From the NCBI RefSeq assembly GCF_006345805.1, contig NW_021834254.1:1-50668 (forward strand): a stretch of 50,668 nucleotides of DNA. The letters are read 5' to 3'. Numbering within the stretch: the stretch's first letter is position 1; each line of letters opens with the position of its first letter. Shown here piece after piece: positions 37,214 to 49,917 of the stretch. A program made the position numbers and the translations under genes. Under the pieces are notes generated by a model. It searched no databases and was not told where the DNA came from. It worked only from the letters and a program-made list of their open reading frames with translations. The DNA comes from Octopus sinensis (Eukaryota).

Positions 37214-38230
37214 GGAGGGTTGGTTGAAAAGTTCATAGGCTGACGAAGACAATCTCATGGAATATGATCAAGTAAGGTTTATTTTTCAACGTAGTCTCCT
37301 TGTGATCCACTACTTCTTCCAACGGTGTTGCAGTGCTTGGGTCCCATTGGTGAAAAAGCTTTCATATTGTTGGTCAAAAGACTCACCAACAACAGACATG
37401 ACCTCATCATCACTGTGATACTGGTTCCCAGCTAAATGTTTTTTGATATTGGGAAATAGATGATAGTCAGATGGAGCCACATCAGGAGAATAGGGAGGAT
37501 GGTGAACCAGTTCAAAGCCACAGTCATGCATAGCAGCCATGAAACCTAAGTACTTGCATGCTGAAGCATTGTCCTGATGAAACAAAATCCCTTTGTCAGT
37601 TTTCATGGGTGTTTGGTCTTGATAGCTTTTGATAACTGCCTCAGCAAGTTGACATAATACTCCCCATTGATGGTGTGACTATTTTGAAAAATAAACACAA
37701 TATCTTTTGCATCCCAAAACACTGAAGACATCACCTTCCCTGTAGATAAAACATCATTGTCCTTCTTTGGAGCAGGTGAAGAGAGGTTGTTTCCATTGCA
37801 TGGATTATCTCTTTGTCTTTGGCTCAAAGTAATGAAACTAACACTTCTCCTGGGTTAGGAAACGTTCAATGAAACCAGCTGGATTTGCTCCAATGTCAGA
37901 TTTACTTAAGATGTGATCAACCTGGGGTGCTTTTGATCAGATGTCAGAGGTAGTGGCATGCACTAAGCGGAAACCTTTGTCATGCCATGTTCATCGTTGC
38001 AGAATATTTTCAACGCTCACATAGGATATGCTAATGGCATTAGCAATTTCATTTATTGTCAGTCACCTATCATCTATCACCATGTAATACGCATGATCAA
38101 TGTTTTCCTTGGTTGACATCAAATGCAGAACATTGAGAACTTGGGTCATCTTTAAGACACTCCCCTCTTGTTCGAAATTCAACTTCCCACTTTTGCACTG
38201 TTGATAAAGGTGGAGCATCATCCCCTAATG
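37214..38230 (-). mobile_element. Decayed mariner (DD34D) transposon
   Basis: GKVMSSVFWD, LFHQDNA, HPPYSPDVAPSDYHLF, QHRWKK; one mariner-like TIR GGAGGGTTGGTTGAAAAGTTC preceded by TA at 37212-37213. Other end not recognised. Confidence 0.88.
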
Positions 38231-38344
38231 TAGCAGCCATGTTACTATATCTGTCTATCTATCTATCTCTATATATATGTGAATGTATATAATATATATA
38301 TGTGTGTGTGTGTGCATGCATGTGTATATATATATATACAAAGT

Positions 38345-39120
38345 AAGATAGGGGTGTAACCCACTATGGGATAGTATTTATTCAGTATACTGTTAGTAAA
38401 GTACCCAGATTCCTAATACATAAATGTTTTTAATTGCAATGCAATTAACTCATTTATTGTATTAAACGGGTGAAGGTAAAGAAGTATTTTTACCATAAAT
38501 TTATAATACAAATAAGAAGATGGAGAAACAAATTTAGTTTGTTCATCAACTTTCAGATATTAGAATGTTGGATTATTTATTCATTTAACAAAAATTGGAT
38601 CGTATTTATCCAGTATACTGTTGGTCAAGTACCCAGATTCCTAATACATAAATGTTTTTAATTGCAATGCAATTAACTCATTTATTGTATTAAATGGGTG
38701 AAGGTAAAGAAATATTTTTACCATAAATTTATAATACAAATAAGAAAATGGAGAAACAAATTTAGTTTGTTCATCAACTTTCGGATATTAGAATGTTGGA
38801 TTATTTATTCATTTAAGAAAATGAGAACCTCAATAGCATACATATATATCTTATAATTCAATACATCTAAGATAAGAATACAAATTATAAAAATCATAAT
38901 ATAAATTATTGAAATCATTAAAATCACTTCTTACAGCTGTTTCAGCCTATGGCTAAAAGTAGTTATTTTAATTTTTATTGCCTATAGTTGTCAACATAAT
39001 GAGGTTGTAGGCATTTCAAAATAGGGTACTTATATATATAACCATAGGCCTCATCAGAGGTTATAAGGAACTTTAAAAGTATTAATATTAATACATTAAA
39101 CATGATAAACGTATTATTTA
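38345..39120 (-). mobile_element. Non-coding PLE 3' fragment with hammerhead motif and 228-bp tandem duplication
   Basis: 38374-38601 repeated at 38602-38817. Segments are homologous to 46806-46850 and, inverted, to 50020-50134, both adjoining the GIY-YIG-bearing element. Confidence 0.6.
38929..39060 (-). ncRNA. Type I hammerhead motif with long loop 2
   Basis: Minus strand CT-CTGATGA-GGCCTATGG...CCATAGGCT-GAAA-CAGCTG-TA-AG; canonical core, palindrome ACAGCTGT, weak stem I. Confidence 0.65.
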
Positions 39121-39169
39121 ATACATGTATATAGATATATTATCATCTATATATGTATGTGTGTGTGTG

Positions 39170-39204
<35 letters not shown>

Positions 39205-39269
39205 TATTTATATGTATATTATAATATATGAATATATATATCATATAATTTATATATTATATGTATATT

Positions 39270-40424
39270 ATATATATGGCAGTGAAACATGGGCTGTGAC
39301 TGCTGAGGACATGCGTAAGATTGCAAGGAATGAAACCAGTATGATCCGATGGATTTGTAATGTCAGTGTGCATACTCGACAGAGTGTAAGTACCTTGAGA
39401 GAAATGTTGGACCTAAGAAGCATCAGATGTGGTGTGCAAGAGAGAAGACTGCGCTGGTATGGTCATGTGGCGAGAATGGATGAGGACAGCTGTGTGAAAA
39501 AGAGCCACACCCTAGCGGTTGAGGGAACCAGTGAAAGAGGTAGTCCCAGGAAGGCCTGGGATGAAGTGGTGAAGCACGACCTTCAAACTTTAGGCCTCAC
39601 CAAGGAAATGACTAGTGACCGAGACTTTTGGAAATATGCCATGCGTGAGAAGACCCGGCAAGCCAAATGAGACCATAATCTCGTGGCCTATGCCAGGGGC
39701 GTAACCAGCCCACTTATGCGTACCTTTTCCTTCTTTGGACACTAAAACTCTGCTTGTGAAGACCTGTTGAGGCAAGTGAAATCAAAATCAAATTCAATGA
39801 CTAGCGTCCATGCTAGCAGGGTACAAAGAGCACCATACGAGTGTGATCATTGACAGAGCGACTAACCGGCTTCCGTGCCAGTGGCACTTAAAAGGCACCA
39901 TTTGAGCATGATTGTTACCAGTGTCGCCTTCCTGGCACTCAAGCCCTGTGCTAGTAGGGTATTAAGAGCACCATCCGAACGTGATCATTGCCAGAGCGGC
40001 TATCTGGCCTCTGTGCCGGTGGCATGTAAAAGACACCATTTGAGCGTGATCGTTACTAGCATCGCCTTACTGGCACCTGTGCCGGTGGCATGTGTAAAAG
40101 ATTCGAGCGAGGTCGTTGCCAGTACCGCCTGACTGGCACGTAAAAGCACCCACTACACTCTCGGAGTGGTTGCTGTTAGGAAGGGCATCTAGCTGTAGAA
40201 ACTCTGCCAGATCAACATTGAAGCCTTTGTGCAGCCATCTGTTTGACAGCCCCCAGTCAATCGTCCAACTCATGCTAGCATGGAAAGTGGACGTTAAACG
40301 ATGATGATGATATCATATATATATACTATATTATTTATAAGTATATTATATATATATATATCATATAAACCCATGCTAGCATGGAAAGCGGACGTTAAAT
40401 GTTGATGATGATGATGATGATGAT
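39270..40424 (+). mobile_element. 5'-truncated RTE LINE (ORF2 C-terminus + full 3' UTR, doubled terminus)
   Basis: GSETWAVTAEDMRK, ERRLRWYGHVARM, stop near 39670; 3' UTR with minisatellite; GCTAGCATGGAAAG..GACGTTAAA(TGA)n tail at 40271-40310 and again at 40371-40424. Confidence 0.9.
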
Positions 40425-40864
40425 ATATATATATTGTCAATTGATCCACTACAATGGTGGAGACTTAATAAACACCAATATCCAAAATTGGCATTTTTTT
40501 ACAAAGACTGTTCTGTTCATACTAGCTACCGTAGTTCCGTGTGGACGATTATTTAGCTGTGCTGGTCACATTGTTAACAGGATGTGCTCATCACTTGAAC
40601 CAAATACTGTTAACATGTTTCTGTGTTTGCGTAACTGGTTATCCAACATTTGAGTGAGAGAACACCTATATTATTTCTTGCTTGTAACTGAATTTTAATT
40701 GAAATATAAACTTGTCAATAAATGCAACTGCAGACATTTTTGTGTTTTCATCAAAACTAACTATTAATTGTTAATTTCTCAAAAATTAATTATATACATG
40801 TATATATACATATATACCTGTATATATACATATATGTGTGTATATATGTATATTTATATATGAG

Positions 40865-40941
<77 letters not shown>

Positions 40942-41216
40942 ATATATATATAAGTACATATATATATATATGTGTATGTATGTATGTATGTATGTATATG
41001 GAAAAATCAAAATCAAAATCATGTATATATATATATATGTATATGTATCATCATCATCATCATCGTTTAACGTCCGCTTTCCATGCTAGCATGGGTTGGA
41101 CGGTTCAACTGGGGTCTGGGGAGCCCGAAGGCTGCACCAGGCCAGTCAGATCTGGCAGTGTTTCTACAGCTGGATGCCCTTCCTAACGCCAACCACTCCG
41201 AGAGTGTAGTGGGTGA

Positions 41217-41525
41217 TTTTATGTGCCACCGACACAGGTGCCAGACGAGGCTGGCGAACGGCCACGCTCGGATGGTGTTTTTATGTGCCACCGACACAGG
41301 TGCCAGACGAGGCTGGCAGACGGCCACGCTCGGATGGTGTTTTTATGTGCCACCGACACAGGTGCCAGACGAGGCTGGCAGACGGCCACGCTCGGATGGT
41401 GTTTTTATGTGCCACCGACACAGGTGCCAGATAAGGCTGGCAGACGGCCACGCTCGGACGGTGTTTGTGCCACCGACACAGGTGCCAGACGAGGCTGGCA
41501 GACGGCCACGCTCGGACGGTGTTTG
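41217..41525. repeat. 62-bp minisatellite (5 near-identical units, last one 58 bp) within the RTE 3' UTR
   Basis: ATGTGCC recurs at 41221, 41283, 41345, 41407; each unit has the hairpin TGCCAG-ACGAGG-CTGGCA (first unit slightly variant). Confidence 0.92.
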
Positions 41526-41763
41526 TTACGTGCCCACAGCACGGAGGCCAGTCGATGCGGTACTGGCTACGGTCCCGTTCGGATGGTTTTCTTATGTGCC
41601 ACCGGCACTGGTACCACAAGGATACAAATTCCATTGATGTTCATCTATTTTGATTTGGTTTGACTTGATTTGCCTCAACAGGTCTTCACAAGTGTCACAA
41701 GCAGGAAGGTATGCACAGGCGGACTGACTACGTCCCAGGTAGGGGCCACGGGTTATGGCTTCA

Positions 41764-44700
41764 CTAGTCTTGCCGGGTCTTCTCACGCACAGCATACTTC
41801 CATAGGTCTCGGTCTCTGGTCATTTCCATGGTGAGACCTAATGTTCGAAGGTCGTGCTTCACCACCTCGTCCCAGGTTTTCCTGGGTCTACCTCTTCCAC
41901 GGGTTCCCTCAACTGCTAGGGATTAGCACTTTCTCACACACCTATCTTCATCCATTCTCGCCACATGACCATACCATTGCAATCGTCTTTCTTGCACGCA
42001 ACAACTGATGCTTCTTAGGTACAACATTTCTCTTAGGGAACTAACACTCTGTCGAGTAAGTACACTGACATTACACATCCATCGGAGCATACTGGCTTCA
42101 TTCCTCATGAGCTTACGCATGTCCTCAGCAGTCACGGCCCATGTTTCACTGCCATGTAGCATGGCAGTTCGAACACATGCATCATACAGTCTGCCCTTTA
42201 CTCTGAGCGAGAGGCCTTTAGTCACCAGCAGAGGTAAGAGCTCCCTAAACTTTGCCCAGGCTATTCTTATTCTAGCAGTTACACTCTCAGCGCACCCACC
42301 CCCACTACTGACTTGGTCACCTAGATAACGGAAGCTATCAACTACTTCTAATTTTTCCCCCTGGAAAGTGACGGAAGTTGTTTTCTGCAGATTTTCGGAG
42401 GTCAATGCTCCCGAGCATCTGCCACATATAAAGACTGTCTTCCCAGTTAGCCTACCTTTGACATTGCTGCACCTCTTATGTGTCCATAGATTACACTGGG
42501 TACATCTTATAGAGTTCTACCTACACCTTTTCTACAGATCGAGCAGGGCCATCTTCCTGAGGACATTTGTGGATTGCCTACCTTTCTACTTATTAGTACT
42601 TTGGTTTTAGCTAGGTTGACTCCAAGGCCCCTCGATTCTAAACCCTCCTTCCACACCTGGAACTTCTCCTCCAGTTCTGATAGTGACTCAGCAATTAGAG
42701 CGAGGTCGTCAGCATAGAGGAGCTCCCAGGGGCAACCTGTCTTGAATTCCTCTGTTATTGCCTGGAGGACTATGATAAATAGGAGGGGGCTGAGTACTGA
42801 ACCCTGGTGGACCTCAACCTCTACTTTGAATTCTTCTGTGTACATGTTGCCAACCCTAACCTTGCTTACGGCATCTCTGTACATGGCTTGCACAGCCCTC
42901 ACCAGCCATTCATCTATCCCTAGTTTCCTCATTTACCACCAGATGAGGGATCGGGGGACCCTATCAAAGGCTTTCTCCATGTCAACGAAAGCCAGGTACA
43001 GGGGCTTATCTTTGGCTAGGTATTTCTCCTGCAGCTGCCTTACCAGGAATATAGCATCAGTGGTGCTTTTCCCTGGCACAAACCCAAACTGCATCTCATC
43101 TAAACTAACTCTCTCTCTAATTAGTTGGGCTATGACCCTCTCCGTAACCTTCATTACCTGATCCAACAGCTTGATACCTCTGTAATTATTTGTATCTAGG
43201 GCATCACCTTTACCTTTGTAGCAGTTGACTAGTACGCTGCTACACCAGTCATTGGATATGACTCCTTCGTGTATCACCTGGTTGACTATACGGGTGACTA
43301 GGTTATAGCCAACACTGCCAGATATTTTGAGCATCTCTGCAGTAATTCCTGATGGGCCTGGGGCTTTCCCTGTCTTCATGCTTCTAATTGCCTTAGCTAC
43401 CACGGAACTATCAACTCGGATAGCTGGTCCCTCTGTTGGGTCAACATTCGGCAGACTCTCTTTATCCCATTCATTTTCTTTATTCAGCAACCTTTCATAG
43501 TGGTATCTCCAAACCTCTCTCTTTGCTTCCTCATTTAGCGCAAGTGAACCATCATCCATGCGAACACACTTCTCTCCTACCACATCACGATTCTCTCTCA
43601 CACACTGTCTTGCAACACGAAATACCTCAAGTCTTTCATCCTCACGGCGCAGAACATTGGCAAATTTTTTCTTATCCGCTTCCCCTCTGGCTAAATAAAC
43701 CTGTCTCCTAGCTTCCCTTCTGGCTGTCTGATACAATTCCCTGCTACCACCGTTCTTCCAGTCCTTCCAAGCCTGTCTCTTTTGTCTAATAGCCCTGTCA
43801 ACCACAGTGTTCCACCACCATGTTACTCTGGGTTGAGATGGTACTTTGCTCCATCCACAGATCTGGTCAGTGGCTGTCAGCAGATTGTCCCGTAGAAATC
43901 TCCAGTTGTCTTCCACATTAAGTGAAGCTATATCCCCTTCTATTTCGTCAAACGCTTCGAGTAGTATGTCTCTAAATCTCTGTCCATTTGCAGGATCTTT
44001 AAGCTTCCAGACCCTTCTCCTCCAAGCAGGTCTTCTTCTGGGCAACCATTTAGCTCTGATCCTGAAGTCGCTAACTACTAATCTATGTTGAGGAGTGCAT
44101 TCTTCGCCTGGAAAGGTTTTGGCATTTATAATCAGCCCTCTTTCCCTTTTTCTGGCAAGGATGTAGTCAATCTGGCTGGTGTGTCTGCCAGAACGGTAGG
44201 TGACTAGGTGAGAGGAGAGTTTCCTGAAGTTGGTATTGCAGACCATAAGGTCATTTGCATCGCAGAACTCCAGCAGCCTGGTTCCCTCCTCATTACGAGA
44301 GCCGAAACCGTAGCCTCCATGGACGCCATGGAAGCCCCCGACATGCCGTCCGACATGTCCATTGAAATCACCTGCCACGAAGAGAAGGTCACTGTCATTT
44401 GTCAACGAGGTAGTTCGCAATAGGGTGTCATAGAATTGGTCTTTTTGTCCTTCCGGTAGCCCTGGTTGAGGGGCATATGCCGAGATGATGGTAACTGTCC
44501 TGTGGTGAAGAACTTATCTAATTTTAATTACTCTGTCACTTACTCTGACTACCTCAATTACCTTACCTACCCATTTCTCTGCAAGAAGTATACCCACGCC
44601 CCCGACCCCGTCAGTGTTCCCTGCCCAGAAAATCTTGTACCTGTGTTCCTTGCCTGTGAGGAGCCTAGCGGAACCTCCTCTCCACCTTACTTCCTGGATA

Positions 44701-44882
44701 CAACATACATCCACACGTCTCCGTTCAAGCAGCTCTACAATCTCTCCAGACCTACCTTTCAATGTGCCAACATTGAGTGTGCCAACTCTGAGGGTGTGAG
44801 AGGTGTGGGCATCTGAGACCCTGGGATGAGGGGCAGCCGTGTCATGTACCTGAAAAGAAAGCTTGCATTTGGCAGATTTCAT
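41764..44882 (-). pseudogene. RTE ORF2 (APE endonuclease - RT with embedded PHD finger) with three in-frame TAA stops and one frameshift
   Basis: TLNVGTL, CIQEVRW, AGDFNGHVG, SQIDYIL, NYRGIKLL, QFGFVPG, FVDMEKAFDRV, VHQGSVLSPLLF, LYADDL, FRYLGD, GSETW. Stops at 44514-16, 42933-35 and 41923-25; frameshift near 42515. Confidence 0.92.
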
Positions 44883-45441
44883 ATGGAAACACTAGGCTAC
44901 AACCTGCATACATTTCACAATTTTTGCGCTATATGATCAGATAAACCCTACATAGGTGCCAGTGGGGGTGGGGGTAGTTAGGTAAGACAGGGGTAGAACT
45001 TCCGGTATTTTGGTAGAAACTTCCGGTACTGGTGGAGGGGGTGGGAGGGCGGGCGAGAACATAGAGGCAACTAGTTTGAATATTATATTTGGGGGAAAAT
45101 AGTTAGATAAATGAAAGAGAGCCAGAGAGAGAATGAAAATAAATAATAATAAATACGGTATGATAATGATACGAGGGGGCAATATTTTGAGGGATAATGG
45201 AATAAACAACGAAGATGGCACTGAAAGAAACGGTAAACTTTAAAAGAATGCATGGAGTCGCCATGTTTTAGCGAAGGGAAACGAAAGGAGAACTGATTAA
45301 GGTATCTAAACAAACGCTTAAAAATATGAAAAGTAGCAGTTGAAGTTTAAAGTCTTAACTGGCTATTTTGAAAATCCGTCTTTTCTCTGGAGGCGAAGGG
45401 AGTGAATGAGAGAGAGATACGATCGTCCACAGGTTTTTAAG

Positions 45442-45457
45442 GTATATATATATATGT

Positions 45458-45501
<44 letters not shown>

Positions 45502-45515
45502 GTATGTGTATATAT

Positions 45516-45603
<88 letters not shown>

Positions 45604-45878
45604 ATGTATATATATATATATGTATGTGTATATATATATATATGTATATATATGTATATGTAATATATATATATATGTATGTGTATATATATATATATAT
45701 GTATATGTATATATATATATGTATGTGTATATATATATATATGTATATGTATATATATATATGTATATGTGTATATATGTATATGTATATATATATATGT
45801 ATATGTATATATATAATATATGTATATGTATATATTATATATATATGTATATATATATATATAGTATATGTATATATA

Positions 45879-45909
<31 letters not shown>

Positions 45910-45969
45910 TATGTAATATATGTATATGTATATATATGTATATATATGTATATGTATATATAGTATATG

Positions 45970-46000
<31 letters not shown>

Positions 46001-46190
46001 GTATATGTATATATATATTATATATGTATATGTATATATATATATATGTATATGTATATATATAGATATGTATATGTATATATATATATGTATATGTATA
46101 TATATATATAGTATATGTATATATATATATGTATATGTATATATATGTATATGTATATATATATGTATATGTATATATATATATTATATG

Positions 46191-46223
<33 letters not shown>

Positions 46224-46259
46224 GTATATATAATATATGTATATATATATATATATTAT

Positions 46260-46293
<34 letters not shown>

Positions 46294-46345
46294 ATGTATA
46301 TGTATATGTATATATATATATATATGTATATATATATGTATATGT

Positions 46346-46376
<31 letters not shown>

Positions 46377-46599
46377 GTATAATATATATGTATATTATAT
46401 ATTATATATGTATATATTATATATGTATTATATATGTATATGTGTATATATATATATAGTATATGTGTGTATATATAATATGTATATGTATATATATATA
46501 TTGTATATGTATATATATTATATATGTATATGTGTGTATATATATATATGTATATGTATAATATATATATGTATAGTATATATATATATATATATGTAT

Positions 46600-46630
<31 letters not shown>

Positions 46631-46805
46631 TATGTATATATATATATGTATATGTATATATAGATATATATATATATGTATATATATATATATGTATATG
46701 TATATATATATTATATATATGTATATGTAATATATATATATGTATATATATATGTATATGTATTATATATATATATATATATTATATATATATATATATA
46801 TATAA
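45442..46805. repeat. (TA)n/(TATATG)n microsatellite, ~1.36 kb
   Basis: Directly visible. Confidence 0.95.
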
Positions 46806-46979
46806 TAACAAAATAGAAAATGGAGAAACTTAAATCAATCAAACATCAACCAACAGATGATACCCAATCAATACTTTATTACACCATTACATAACAGTAA
46901 AGGCATCATACAAAATATATTGTAAATATAATTAGACAAGGAAATAGAAATATAAAATATAATATGCAATTATAACATA

Positions 46980-47090
46980 TCTGACAGCTGTTTTGGCAGT
47001 AAGGGCAAGCATGCCTCATTTAACTTATAAGCCATATAAGGCAGGTATAAATGAGACATTAACAAGGATGCCCCACGGCCTCTTCAGAGA
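46980..47090 (-). ncRNA. Decayed hammerhead motif with extended stem II
   Basis: Minus strand TCT-CTGAAGA-GGCCGTGGGGCA...TGCCCTTACTGCC-AAAA-CAGCTG-TC-AGA; GAAA mutated to AAAA. Confidence 0.6.
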
Positions 47091-49400
47091 ATTTAATTTA
47101 ATATAAGTGTGAAAAAAAATTATTTTTATAAGTGTGAAAAAAATTTTTTTATATACATATATATATAAAAATATAAAATATAAAAACGTGTGCATAGACA
47201 CCCATAATGCTACACATATATATATATACTCATTAATACAATAATACAAAATAAAGAAAACAAAATAAAACAAAATATCTATCAATATATATTAATAACA
47301 CAGTTATTCTACATATTAGGCTAATAGTTCCAAAAACTAAACACACAGGAAATATATGCACTCACATTTATTTAAAATCAGACCTAAACATGAAAAATAA
47401 TAAAAAAAACACAGTTCAGTTCATAAAATTATAAACCTGTAAAAGTCAGTAAAAATTACTATTAATATATATAAATAATAATAATAGATACAATTATGTC
47501 TGTACCAAGTACATCCATCGGACATCGACATATCTATGAGTCTGGTTATTCTGTCCGCTTGATATTGATTATTCTAGATTAATTCGATTGGCTTATAGTT
47601 TAAAATTTGAATCACAAAAGAAATTTTACGGTTAGTTAGTCAGAAACGCACATACGCACCCCAACGCACATCCACAGATCAATCGCACATACATACATAA
47701 TTACATGTATACACACACACATACACTCATACACATGCATATCCCAAACAAACATGTCCAACACATAAATAAACAAATAATAAAAGAGGTATAATCCAGC
47801 TATGCAGCCATCCAGCCTCTCAAAACGACAATTATGCCACTAAATTAACTAATAGGTCACTCACAACATTTTCCATAAAATATTGTTATAAAGATACATA
47901 TATTAATATATCACGACATCGAATGTTATTTTCGCAAGGTACACGCAGCATGTAACACCCTTTTTTTCTATAGTCAACATAGCGTTTACTGATTTCACCG
48001 TAATTTGTTATAATCGCATGTACGCCAAGTTATAAAGTATAGATTAATTTTTTATAGTATAAATATATATCTTTTCTACGTAATAAATCCAGTGTCATTA
48101 TAATATTAATATTTATCCACCAAAGAACCTAACCTACGAACTAATAGAATTACACTCAAATATACATATTCTTGTGTAGCAGCAGATATACACAAGCGCA
48201 CCGTCTATTTTCATATGTGGCTCGCGAGAAAACATTCAAAGTACTTATATATAAATATACTTTTAAGCAACCGTGGACACATAGATAACAAATGTAATAA
48301 TTAACAAGATTTGGCATTAAATAATATCAATGGGGGACTAACCAATACAAATGTATATAAGTAAATAACAGAAATTAAATTAATTATAAGTTAATAAATT
48401 GTAAATACTTAAGTTAAAAATGTGATAAAATAAATATGAAGAAATAATTAAAATTACATACATAATATAAGTACAAACCAGTATACATGTATCCATATAT
48501 TATTAAAATAAATAATAGATATGTATGTATATATCTACACTTAAATAAGTAAATAAATAATTAAATAAATAAGTAATGACTAAATGAATAGATAGATACC
48601 ATAGAAAACAAATTCAGATAAATACCTAGGTACAGGTACACCTAATATATAGTAATGCTAATATGCATATATCCTTATATGCATAGAAGAGTGTATATGT
48701 AAATAAATAACATAAAATAAAGTAAAGATATATATTGAAGAAATACTTATATAAACTTAGTATACAGGCTAATATTATGTAAATTATTACCTGTAGATAA
48801 TGAGTAAAGAAATGAATAGATGAATAACATAGTGTACAAATCCAGAAGATTACAAATATAGACTAAATATATAAGACTGCTAATATTTATAAAGCCAAAT
48901 GTGAGTAAATGAATAGGTTTATTAGTAAATAACATAAGATACAAATTTAGGTGAGTACAAAGATACACCAAATATACAATATATAAGCCTGCCAAATAAA
49001 AACCTACAAAAACCCAAATTGTCAACCTAAACATACAAACTCCCAAAAGACTCTCATATATTATATAATAGTATTAAAGTATCTAAAACCAAGTATCTAA
49101 CTATGATATTCATACACACTCTGTAATATTAGAAAACTTCAAAAATCACATATTACAAAGCAAATACCAAAATGAATATATTATTTCCTGCCGTAGTGTA
49201 TTTCCCATATAAAACAAGACAAAAAAACCCACATACAAAAAACAATTAATACTGGACATATATATTTTTTTATACATGTGTAGCTACAAAATTATATAAA
49301 ATTATAAATTTATAAGTTGCATGTTTTAGAATTGTAGAAGACCACTAGTATAATTAGATACAGAAGGGAGTTAAAATATTACTAGTAGAAATGCTAAGTT

Positions 49401-49917
49401 CTATTTGAATCTAGAAAAAGTGTACGGTAGTTTGTGAATGCAAAAAAATTTTTTTCATTTATGTTAATAATATTCCTACCCGCTTTGATAGTGAAAAAGA
49501 TTTCATTAATACATAGAGAGCATTTTTTATTTTTTCCATTATACACAGGTGCCGAAGTTAGTATTTTCCCAATTTAATCTAAAATCTAAGTTTTTACTTT
49601 GAGTTCCCAAATGTATGCACTTAACCTGTAGAGTACATCCTATTTTTATTTCTAAAAGTATATCTATGATAATTAAGTCTCTGTTTCATGCTATTCATAG
49701 TTGCTCCAATATACACACTACTACTAAATTGTGTATCCACAGTGCATTGGTAAACTACCTCCTTCCTGAGGCATTGATTACCAAATACACATTTATTTCT
49801 GTTTCTGCAATTACAGTTATTAACAGGTTGGGGTAATCCAAGATTGGTCCCCAATCCTGTAACACCATTCACATTAGTAGTGTTACTATTATTATTACCA
49901 TCCAAACCCAAATTCAA
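49401..49917 (-). pseudogene. PLE GIY-YIG endonuclease C-terminal remnant (two frameshifts)
   Basis: CNCRNRNKCVFGNQCL linker, VVYQCTV..YIGAT..KQRLNYH; after frameshifts AYIWELK..NWE/ILTSAPVY..CSLCINE..FCIHK..RFK*. This Cys-rich linker plus GIY-YIG layout is typical of Neptune/Naiad-type PLEs. Confidence 0.85.

Larger units (their letters stand above)
41049..44900 (-). mobile_element. Nearly full-length RTE-clade LINE; the 5' UTR may extend to ~45440
   Basis: (ATG)n tail at 41049, 3' UTR, then a single ORF with APE endonuclease, RT, PHD insert and C-terminal RTE motifs. Confidence 0.95.

Noticed and set aside
41217-41525. CRISPR-like array of palindromic repeats
   Set aside because: Units are contiguous with no unique spacers, lie in an RTE 3' UTR in eukaryotic DNA, and there are no cas genes.
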